64,000 nucleotides of DNA from Eledone cirrhosa (lineage: Eukaryota). The number at the start of each line of letters is the position of its first letter. The first letter of the stretch is position 1. Under the pieces are notes generated by a model. That model worked only from the letters and a program-made list of their open reading frames with translations, ran no database searches and had not been told where the DNA came from. The stretch spans positions 318,618,001 to 318,682,000 of the forward strand of contig OZ024740.1 of NCBI GenBank assembly GCA_964016885.1, written 5' to 3'. This document shows, piece after piece, positions 28,401-41,300 of the stretch. A program made the position numbers and the translations under genes.

Positions 28401-31400
28401 ATTCCAGGATTGTCTCGTCTATTTCCACAACTTACATTCTATCTGACATTCTAACGACTCTACCAATTCGCTGTATTTCTACTACAATACTAACTTCAAT
28501 TAGTCCAGGATTGTCTCATCTATTTCCACAACTTACATTCTATCTGATATTCGAACGACTCTACCAATTCGAAGTCTTTCTACTACAATACTAACAACAA
28601 ATAATGCAGGATTGTCTCGTCTATTTCCACAACTTACATTCTATCTGACATTCTAACGACTCTACCAATTCGAAGTCTTTCTATTACAATACTCACAACA
28701 AATAATCCAGGATTGTCTCGTCTATTTCCACAACTTACATTCTATCTGACATTCTAACGACTCTACGTATTCGCTGTCTTTCTACTACAATGCTCACAAC
28801 AAATAATCCACGACTGTCTCGTCTATTTCCACAACTTACATTCTATCTGACATTCTAACGACTCTACCAATTCGAAATCTTTCTACTACAATACTCACAA
28901 CAAACAATCCAGGATTGTCTCGTCTATTTCTACAACTTACATTCTATGTGACATTCAAACGACTCTATCAATTCGAAGTCTTTCTACTACAATACTAACG
29001 TCAAATAATCCAGGATTGTCTCGTCTATTTCCACAACTTACGTTCTATCTGACATTCTAACGACTCTACCAATTCGAATTCTTTCTATTACAATACTCAC
29101 AACAAATAATCCAGGATTGTCTCGTCTATTTCCACAACTTACATTCTATCTGACATTCTAACGACTCTACGAATTCGCTGTCTTTCTACTACATTGCTCA
29201 CAACAAATAATCCACGACTGTCTCGTCTATTTCTACAACTTACATTCTATGTGACATTCAAAAGACTCTATCAATTCGAGGTCTTTCTACAACATTACTA
29301 ACGTAAAATAATCCAGGATTGTCTCGTCCATTTCCACAACTTACATTCTATCTGACATTCTAACGACTCTACCAATTCGAAGTCTTTCTACTACAATACT
29401 AACTTTAAATAATCCAGGATTGTCTCGTCTATCTCCAGACCTTATATTCTATCTGACATTCTAACGACTCTACCAGTTCGCTGTATTTCAACTACAATAC
29501 TAACTTCAAATAATCCAGGATTGTCTCGTCTATTTCCACAACTTACATTCTATCTGATATTCTAACGACTCTACCAATTCGAAGTCTTCCTACTACAATA
29601 CTCACAACAAATAATCCAGGATTGTCTCGTCTATTTCCACTACTTACATTCTATCTGGCATTCTAATGACTCTACCAATTCGCTGTCTTTCTACTACAAT
29701 ACTCACAACAAATAATCCATATTGTCTCGTCTATTTCCACAACTTACATTCTATCTGACATTCAAACGACTCTATCAATTCGAAGTCTTTCTACTACAAT
29801 ACTAACTTCAAATAATCCAGGATTGTCTCGTCTATTTCCACAACTTACTTTCTATCTGACATTCTAACGACTCTACCAATTCGAAGTCTTTCTACTACAA
29901 TACTCACAACAAATATTCCAGGATTGTCTCGTCTATTTCCACAACTTACATTCTATCTGACATTCTAACGACTCTACCAATTCGAAGTCTTTCTACTACA
30001 ATACTAACTTTAAATAATCCAGGATTGTCTCCTCTATTTCCACAACTTACATATTATCTGAAATTCTAACGACTCTACCAATTCGATGTCTTTCTACTAC
30101 AATACTCACAACAAATAATCCAGGATTGTCTCGTCTATTTCTACAACTTACATTCTATCTGACATTCTAACGACTCTACCAATTCGAAGTCTTTCTGCTA
30201 CAATACTCACAACAAATAATCCAGGATTGTCTCGTCTATTTCCACACCTTACATTCTATCTGACATTCTAACGACTCTACCTATTCGCTGTATTTCTACT
30301 ACAATACTCACAACAAATAATCCAGCATTGACTCGTCTATTTCCACAACTTACATTCTATCTGACATTCTAACGACTCTACCAATTCGAAGTCTTTCTAC
30401 TACAATACTCACAACAAATATTCCAGGATTGTCTCGTCTATTTCCACAACTTACATTCTATCTCACATTCTAACGACTCTACCAATTCGCTGTATTTCTA
30501 CTACAATACTAACTTCAATTAGTCCAGGATTGTCTCGTCTATTTCCACAACTTACATTCTATCTGACATTCTAAAGACTCTACGAATTCGCTGTCTTTCT
30601 ACTACAATGCTCACAACAAATAATCCACGACTGTCTCGTCTATTTCCACAACTTATATTCTATCTGACATTCTAACGACTCTACCAATTCGAAATCTTTC
30701 TACTACAATACTCACAACAAACAATCCAGGATTGTCTCGTCTATTTCTACAACTTACATTCTATGTGACATTCAAACGACTCTATCAATTTGAAGTCTTT
30801 CTACAACAATACTAACGTAAAATAATCCAGGATCGTCTCGTCTATTTCCACAACTTACATTCTATCTGACATTCTAACGACTCTACCAATTCGAAGTCTT
30901 TCTACTACAATACTAACAACAAATAATCTGGGATTGTCTCGTCTATTTCCACAACATACATTCTATCTGACATTCTAACGACTCTACCAAGTCGAAGTTT
31001 TTCTACTACAATACTCCCAACAAATAATCCAGGATCGTCTCGTCTATTTCCACAACTTACATTCTATCTGACATTCTAACGACTCTACCCATTCGCTGTA
31101 TTTCTACTACAATACTAACTTCAAATAATCCAGGATTGTCTCCTCTATTTCCACAACTTACATTCTATGTCACATTCTAACGAGTCTACCAATTCGCTGT
31201 GTTTCTACTACAATACTCACAACAAATAAACCAGGATTGTCTCGTCTATTTCCACAACTTACATTATATCTGACATACTAACGACTCTACGAATTCGAAG
31301 TCTTTCTACTACAATACTAACTTTAAACTATCCAGGATTGTCTCCTCTATTTCCACAACTTACATTCTATCTGACATTCTAACGACTCTACCAATTCGCT

Positions 31401-33221
31401 GTATTTCTACTACAATACTAACTTCAAATAATCCAGGATTGTATCGGCTATTTCCACAACTTACATTCTATCTGACATTCTAACGACTCTACCAATTCGC
31501 TGTCTTTCTACTACAATACTAACAACATATAATCTAGGATTGTCTCGTCTATTTCCACAACTTACAATCTATCTGATATTCGAACGACTCTACCAATTCG
31601 AAGTCTTTCTGCTACAATACTAACAACAAATAATCTAGGATTGTCTCGTCTATTTCAACAACTTACATTCTATCTGACATTCTAACGACTCTAACAATTC
31701 GAAGTCTTTCTAATACAATACTAACGTCAAATAATCCAGGATCGTCTCATCTATTTCCACAACTTACATTCTATCTGACATTCTAACGACTCTACCAATT
31801 CGATGTGTTTCTACTACAATACTCACGTCAAATAATCCAGGATTGTCTCGTCTATCTCCAGACCTTACATTCTATCTGACATTCTAACGACTCTACCAGT
31901 TCGCTGTATTTCTACTACAATACTCACAACAAATAATCCAGGATTGTCTCGTCTATTTCCACAACTTACATTCTATCTCACATTCTAACGTGTCTAACAA
32001 TTCGAAGTCTTTCTACTACAATACTAACTTTAAACAATCCAGGATTGTCTCCTCTATTTCCACAACTTACATTCTATCTGACATTGAAACGACTCTACCA
32101 ATTCGATGTCTTTGTACTACAATACTCACAACAAACAATCCAGGATTGTCTCGTCTATTTCTACAACTTACATTCTATTTGACATTCAAACGACTCTATC
32201 AATTCGAAGTCTTTCTACAACAATACTAACGTAAAATAATCCAGGATTGTCTCGTCCATTTCCACAACTTACATTCTATCTGACATTCTAACGACTCTAC
32301 CAATTCGAAGTCTTTCTACTACAATACTAACTTTAAATAATCCAGGATTGTATCGTCTTTTTCCACAACTTACATTCTATCTGACATTCTAACGACTCTA
32401 CCTATTCGCTGTATTTCTACTACAATACTCACAACAAATAATCCAGCATTGACTCGTCTATTTCCACAACTTACATTCTATCTGACATTCTAACGACTCT
32501 ACCAATTCGAAGTCTTTCTACTACAATACTCACAACAAATATTCCAGGATTGTCTCGTCTATTTCCACAACTTACATTCTATCTCACATTCTAACGACTC
32601 TACCAATTCGCTGTATTTCTACTACAATACTAACTTCAATTAGTCCAGGATTGTCTCGTCTATTTCCACAACTTACATTCTATCTGACATTCTAAAGACT
32701 CTACGAATTCGCTGTCTTTCTACTACAATGCTCACAACAAATAATCCACGACTGTCTCGTCTATTTCCACAACTTATATTCTATCTGACATTCTAACGAC
32801 TCTACCAATTCGAAATCTTTCTACTACAATACTCACAACAAACAATCCAGGATTGTCTCGTCTATTTCTACAACTTACATTCTATGTGACATTCAAACGA
32901 CTCTATCAATTTGAAGTCTTTCTACAACAATACTAACGTAAAATAATCCAGGATCGTCTCGTCTATTTCCACAACTTACATTCTATCTGACATTCTAACG
33001 ACTCTACCAATTCGAAGTCTTTCTACTACAATACTAACAACAAATAATCTGGGATTGTCTCGTCTATTTCCACAACATACATTCTATCTGACATTCTAAC
33101 GACTCTACCAAGTCGAAGTTTTTCTACTACAATACTCCCAACAAATAATCCAGGATCGTCTCGTCTATTTCCACAACTTACATTCTATCTGACATTCTAA
33201 CGACTCTACCCATTCGCTGTA
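23528..33221. repeat. Near-identical tandem duplication of a 4847-bp (48-monomer) block: 23528-28374 and 28375-33221
   Basis: Offset 4847 holds for AATATT (23551/28398), TACGTATTCG (23917/28764), TACCTATTCG (25431/30278) and the identical ORF-track entries at 27143/31990. Confidence 0.92.
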
Positions 33222-34519
33222 TTTCTACTACAATACTAACTTCAAATAATCCAGGATTGTCTCCTCTATTTCCACAACTTACATTCTATGTCACATTCTA
33301 ACGAGTCTACCAATTCGCTGTGTTTCTACTACAATACTCACAACAAATAAACCAGGATTGTCTCGTCTATTTCCACAACTTACATTATATCTGACATACT
33401 AACGACTCTACGAATTCGAAGTCTTTCTACTACAATACTAACTTTAAACTATCCAGGATTGTCTCCTCTATTTCCACAACTTACATTCTATCTGACATTC
33501 TAACGACTCTACCAATTCGCTGTATTTCTACTACAATACTAACTTCAAATAATCCAGGATTGTATCGGCTATTTCCACAACTTACATTCTATCTGACATT
33601 CTAACGACTCTACCAATTCGCTGTCTTTCTACTACAATACTAACAACATATAATCTAGGATTGTCTCGTCTATTTCCACAACTTACAATCTATCTGATAT
33701 TCGAACGACTCTACCAATTCGAAGTCTTTCTGCTACAATACTAACAACAAATAATCTAGGATTGTCTCGTCTATTTCAACAACTTACATTCTATCTGACA
33801 TTCTAACGACTCTAACAATTCGAAGTCTTTCTAATACAATACTAACGTCAAATAATCCAGGATCGTCTCATCTATTTCCACAACTTACATTCTATCTGAC
33901 ATTCTAACGACTCTACCAATTCGATGTGTTTCTACTACAATACTCACGTCAAATAATCCAGGATTGTCTCGTCTATCTCCAGACCTTACATTCTATCTGA
34001 CATTCTAACGACTCTACCAGTTCGCTGTATTTCTACTACAATACTCACAACAAATAATCCAGGATTGTCTCGTCTATTTCCACAACTTACATTCTATCTC
34101 ACATTCTAACGTGTCTACCAATTCGAAGTCTTTCTACTACAATACTAACTTTAAACAATCCAGGATTGTCTCCTCTATTTCCACAACTTACATTCTATCT
34201 GACATTGAAACGACTCTACCAATTCGATGTCTTTGTACTACAATACTCACAACAAACAATCCAGGATTGTCTCGTCTATTTCTACAACTTACATTCTATT
34301 TGACATTCAAACGACTCTATCAATTCGAAGTCTTTCTACAACAATACTAACGTAAAATAATCCAGGATTGTCTCGTCCATTTCCACAACTTACATTCTAT
34401 CTGACATTCTAACGACTCTACCAATTCGAAGTCTTTCTACTACAATACTAACTTTAAATAATCCAGGATTGTATCGTCTTTTTCCACAACTTACATTCTA
34501 TCTGACATTCTAACGACTC
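30278..34519. repeat. Tandem 21-monomer (2121 bp) higher-order repeat, two full copies; related copies start at ~25431, ~27552 (partial), ~36236 and ~41285
   Basis: TACCTATTCG at 30278/32399 and ORF starts at 31990/34111 are exactly 21x101 apart. 25431/27552 show the same offset. Confidence 0.9.
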
Positions 34520-35304
34520 TACCAATTCGCTGTATTTCTACTACAATACTAACTTCAATTAGTCCAGGATTGTCTCATCTATTTCCACAACTTACATTCT
34601 ATCTGATATTCGAACGACTCTACCAATTCGAAGTCTTTCTACTACAATACTAACTTTAAATAATCCAGGATCGTCTCGTCTATCTCCAGACCTTACATTC
34701 TATCTGACATTCTAACGACTCTACCAGTTCGCTGTATTTCTACTACAATGCTCACAACAAATAATCCACGACTGTCTCGTCTATTTCCACAACTTACATT
34801 CTATCTGACATTCTAACGACTCTACCAATTCGAAATCTTTCTACTACAATACTCACAACAAACAATCCAGGATTGTCTCGTCTATTTCTACAACTTACAT
34901 TCTATGTGACATTCAAACGACTCTATCAATTCGAAGTCTTTCTACAACAATACTAACGTCAAATAATCCAGGATTATCTCGTCTATTTCCACAACTTACG
35001 TTCTATCTGACATTCTAACGACTCTACCAATTCGAATTCTTTCTAGTACAATACTCACAACAAATAATCCAGGATTGTCTCGTCTATTTCCACAACTTAC
35101 ATTCTATCTGACATTCTAACGACTCTACGAATTCGCTGTCTTTCTACTACATTGCTCACAACAAATAATCCACGACTGTCTCGTCTATTTCTACAACTTA
35201 CATTCTATGTGACATTCAAAAGACTCTATCAATTCGAGGTCTTTCTACAACATTACTAACGTAAAATAATCCAGCATTGTCTCGTCCATTTCCACAACTT
35301 ACAT

Positions 35305-38300
35305 TCTATCTGACATTCTAACGACTCTACCAATTCGAAGTCTTTCTACTACAATACTAACTTTAAATAATCCAGGATTGTCTCGTCTATCTCCAGACCT
35401 TATATTCTATCTGACATTCTAACGACTCTACCAGTTCGCTGTATTTCAACTACAATACTAACTTCAAATAATCCAGGATTGTCTCGTCTATTTCCACAAC
35501 TTACATTCTATCTGATATTCTAACGACTCTACCAATTCGAAGTCTTCCTACTACAATACTCACAACAAATAATCCAGGATTGTCTCGTCTATTTCCACAA
35601 CTTACATTCTATCTGGCATTCTAATGACTCTACCAATTCGCTGTCTTTCTACTACAATACTCACAACAAATAATCCATATTGTCTCGTCTATTTCCACAA
35701 CTTACATTCTATCTGACATTCAAACGACTCTATCAATTCGAAGTCTTTCTACTACAATACTAACTTCAAATAATCCAGGATTGTCTCGTCTATTTCCACA
35801 ACTTACTTTCTATCTGACATTCTACCGACTCTACCAATTCGAAGTCTTTCTACTACAATACTCACAACAAATATTCCAGGATTGTCTCGTCTATTTCCAC
35901 AACTTACATTCTATCTGACATTCTAACGACTCTACCAATTCGAAGTCTTTCTACTACAATACTAACTTTAAATAATCCAGGATTGTCTCCTCTATTTCCA
36001 CAACTTACATATTATCTGAAATTCTAACGACTCTACCAATTCGATGTCTTTCTACTACAATACTCACAACAAATAATCCAGGATTGTCTCGTCTATTTCT
36101 ACAACTTACATTCTATCTGACATTCTAACGACTCTACCAATTCGAAGTCTTTCTGCTACAATACTCACAACAAATAATCCAGGATTGTCTCGTCTATTTC
36201 CACACCTTACATTCTATCTGACATTCTAACGACTCTACCTATTCGCTGTATTTCTACTACAATACTCACAACAAATAATCCAGCATTGACTCGTCTATTT
36301 CCACAACTTACATTCTATCTGACATTCTAACGACTCTACCTATTCGAAGTCTTTCTACTACAATACTCACAACAAATATTCCAGGATTGTCTCGTCTATT
36401 TCCACAACTTACATTCTATCTCACATTCTAACGACTCTACCAATTCGCTGTATTTCTACTACAATACTAACTTCAATTAGTCCAGGATTGTCTCGTCTAT
36501 TTCCACAACTTACATTCTATCTGACATTCTAAAGACTCTACGAATTCGCTGTCTTTCTACTACAATGCTCACAACAAATAATCCACGACTGTCTCGTCTA
36601 TTTCCACAACTTATATTCTATCTGACATTCTAACGACTCTACCAATTCGAAATCTTTCTACTACAATACTCACAACAAACAATCCAGGATTGTCTCGTCT
36701 ATTTCTACAACTCACATTCTATGTGACATTCAAACGACTCTATCAATTTGAAGTCTTTCTACAACAATACTAACGTAAAATAATCCAGGATCGTCTCGTC
36801 TATTTCCACAACTTACATTCTATCTGACATTCTAACGACTCTACCAATTGGAAGTCTTTCTACTACAATACTAACAACAAATAATCTGGGATTGTCTCGT
36901 CTATTTCCACAACATACATTCTATCTGACATTCTAACGACTCTACCAAGTCGAAGTTTTTCTACTACAATACTCCCAACAAATAATCCAGGATCGTCTCG
37001 TCTATTTCCACAACTTACATTCTATCTGACATTCTAACGACTCTACCCATTCGCTGTATTTCTACTACAATACTAACTTCAAATAATCCAGGATTGTCTC
37101 CTCTATTTCCACAACTTACATTCTATGTCACATTCTAACGAGTCTACCAATTCGCTGTGTTTCTACTACAATACTCACAACAAATAAACCAGGATTGTCT
37201 CGTCTATTTCCACAACTTACATTATATCTGACATACTAACGACTCTACGAATTCGAAGTCTTTCTACTACAATACTAACTTTAAACTATCCAGGATTGTC
37301 TCCTCTATTTCCACAACTTACATTCTATCTGACATTCTAACGACTCTACCAATTCGCTGTATTTCTACTACAATACTAACTTCAAATAATCCAGGATTGT
37401 ATCGGCTATTTCCACAACTTACATTCTATCTGACATTCTAACGACTCTACCAATTCGCTGTCTTTCTACTACAATACTAACAACATATAATCTAGGATTG
37501 TCTCGTCTATTTCCACAACTTACAATCTATCTGATATTCGAACGACTCTACCAATTCGAAGTCTTTCTGCTACAATACTAACAACAAATAATCTAGGATT
37601 GTCTCGTCTATTTCCACAACTTACATTCTATCTGACATTCTAACGACTCTAACAATTCGAAGTCTTTCTAATACAATACTAACGTCAAATAATCCAGGAT
37701 CGTCTCATCTATTTCCACAACTTACATTCTATCTGACATTCTAACGACTCTACCAATTCGATGTGTTTCTACTACAATACTCACGTCAAATAATCCAGGA
37801 TTGTCTCGTCTATCTCCAGACCTTACATTCTATCTGACATTCTAACGACTCTACCAGTTCGCTGTATTTCTACTACAATACTCACAACAAATAATCCAGG
37901 ATTGTCTCGTCTATTTCCACAACTTACATTCTATCTCACATTCTAACGTGTCTACCAATTCGAAGTCTTTCTACTACAATACTAACTTTAAACAATCCAG
38001 GATTGTCTCCTCTATTTCCACAACTTACATTCTATCTGACATTGAAACGACTCTACCAATTCGATGTCTTTGTACTACAATACTCACAACAAACAATCCA
38101 GGATTGTCTCGTCTATTTCTACAACTTACATTCTATTTGACATTCAAACGACTCTATCAATTCGAAGTCTTTCTACAACAATACTAACGTAAAATAATCC
38201 AGGATTGTCTCGACCATTTCCACAACTTACATTCTATCTGACATTCTAACGACTCTACCAATTCGAAGTCTTTCTACTACAATACTAACTTTAAATAATC

Positions 38301-41300
38301 CAGGATTGTATCGTCTTTTTCCACAACTTACATTCTATCTGACATTCTAACGACTCTACCAATTCGCTGTATTTCTACTACAATACTAACTTCAATTAGT
38401 CCAGGATTGTCTCATCTATTTCCACAACTTACATTCTATCTGATATTCGAACGACTCTACCAATTCGAAGTCTTTCTACTACAATACTCACAACAAACAA
38501 TCCAGGATTGTCTCGTCTATTTCTACAACTTACATTCTATGTGACATTAAAACGACTCTATCAATTCGAAGTCTTTCTACTACAATACTAACGTTAAATA
38601 CTCCAGGATTGTCTCGTCTATTTCCACAACTTACGTTCTATCTGACATTCTAACGACTCTACCAATTCGAATTCTTTATATTACAATACTCACAACAAAT
38701 AATCCACGACTGTCTCGTCTATTTCCACAACTTACATTCTATCTGACATTCTAACGACTCTACCAATTCGATGTGTTTCTACTACAATACTCACGACAAA
38801 TAATCCAGGATTGTCTCGTCTATTTCCACAACTTACATTCTATCTGACATTCTAACGACTCTACCAATTCGAAATCTTTCTACTACAATACTCACAACAA
38901 ACAATCCAGGATTGTCTCGTCTATTTCTACAACTTACATTCTATGTGACATTCAAACGACTCTATCAACTTGAAGTCTTTCTACAACAATACTAACGTAA
39001 AATAATCCAGGATCGTCTCGTCTATTTCCACAACTTACATTCTATCTGACATTCTAACGACTCTACCAATTCGAAGTTTTTCTACTACAATACTCCCAAC
39101 AAATAATCAAGGATTGTATCGTCTATTTCCACAACTTACATTCTATCTGACATTCTAACGACTCTACCAATTCGATGTGTTTCTACTACAATACTCACGT
39201 CAAATAATCCAGGATTGTCTCGTCTATCTCCAGATCTTACATTCTATCTGACATTCTAACGACTCTACCCATTCGCTGTATTTCTACTACAATACTAACT
39301 TCAAATAATCCAGGATTGTCTCCTCTATTTCCACAACTTACATTCTATGTCACATTCTAACGAGTCTACCAATTCGCTGTGTTTCTACTACAATACTCAC
39401 AACAAATAAACCAGGATTGTCTCGTCTATTTCCACAACTTACATTATATCTGACATAATAACGACTCTACGAATTCGAAGTCTTTCTACTACAATACTAA
39501 CTTTAAACTATCCAGGATTGTCTCCTCTATTTCCACAACTTACATTCTATCTGACATTCTAACGACTCTACCAATTCGCTGTATTTCTACTACAATACTA
39601 ACTTCAAATAATCCAGGATTGTATCGGCTATTTCCACAACTCACAATCTATCTGATATTCGAACGATTCTACCAATTCGAAGTCTTTCTGCTACAATACT
39701 AACAACAAATAATCTAGGATTGTCTCGTCTATTTCCACAACTTACATTCTATCTGACATTCTAACGACTCTACCAATTCGATGTGTTTCTACTACAATAC
39801 TCACGTCAAATAATCCAGGATTGTCTCGTCTATCTCCAGATCTTACATTCTATCTGACATTCTAACGACTCTACCAGTTCGCTGTATTTCTACTACAATA
39901 CTCACAACAAATAATCCAGGATTGTCTCGTCTATTTCCACAACTTACATTCTATCTCACATTCTAACGTGTCTACCAATTCGAAGTCTTTCTACTACAAT
40001 ACTAACTTCAAATAATCCAGGATTGTATCGGCTATTTCCACAACTTACATCCTATCTGACATTCTAACGATTCTACCAATTCGCTGTCTTTCTACTACAA
40101 TAATAACAACAAATAATCTAGGATTGTCTCGTCTATTTCCACAACTTACATTTTATCTGACATTCTAACGACTCTAACAATTCGAAGTCTTTCTACTACA
40201 ATACTCACAACAAATAATCCAGGATTGTCTCATCTATTTCCACAACTTACATTCTATCTGACATTCTAACGACTCTACCAATTCGATGTGTTTCTACTAC
40301 AATACTCACAACAAATAATCCAGGATTGTCTCGTCTATTTCTACAACTTACTTTCTATCTGACATTCTAACGACTCTACCAATTCGAAGTCTTTCTACTA
40401 CAATACTAACTTTAAATAATCCAGGATTGTCTCGTCTATCTCCAGACCTTATATTCTATCTGACATTCTAACGACTCTACCAGTTCGCTGTATTTCAACT
40501 ACAATACTAACTTCAAATAATCCAGGATTGTCTCGTCTATTTCCACAACTTACATTCTATCTGATATTCTAACGACTCTACCAATTCGAAGTCTTCCTAC
40601 TACAATACTCACAACAAATAATCCAGGATTGTCTCGTCTATTTCCACAACTTACATTCTATCTGGCATTCTAATGACTCTACCAATTCGCTGTCTTTCTA
40701 CTACAATACTCACAACAAATAATCCATATTGTCTCGTCTATTTCCACAACTTACATTCTATCTGACATTCAAACGACTCTATCAATTCGAAGTCTTTCTA
40801 CTACAATACTAACTTCAAATAATCCAGGATTGTCTCGTCTATTTCCACAACTTACTTTCTATCTGACATTCTACCGACTCTACCAATTCGAAGTCTTTCT
40901 ACTACAATACTCACAACAAATATTCCAGGATTGTCTCGTCTATTTCCACAACTTACATTCTATCTGACATTCTAACGACTCTACCAATTCGAAGTCTTTC
41001 TACTACAATACTAACTTTAAATAATCCAGGATTGTCTCCTCTATTTCCACAACTTACATATTATCTGAAATTCTAACGACTCTACCAATTCGATGTCTTT
41101 CTACTACAATACTCACAACAAATAATCCAGGATTGTCTCGTCTATTTCTACAACTTACATTCTATCTGACATTCTAACGACTCTACCAATTCGAAGTCTT
41201 TCTGCTACAATACTCACAACAAATAATCCAGGATTGTCTCGTCTATTTCCACACCTTACATTCTATCTGACATTCTAACGACTCTACCTATTCGCTGTAT

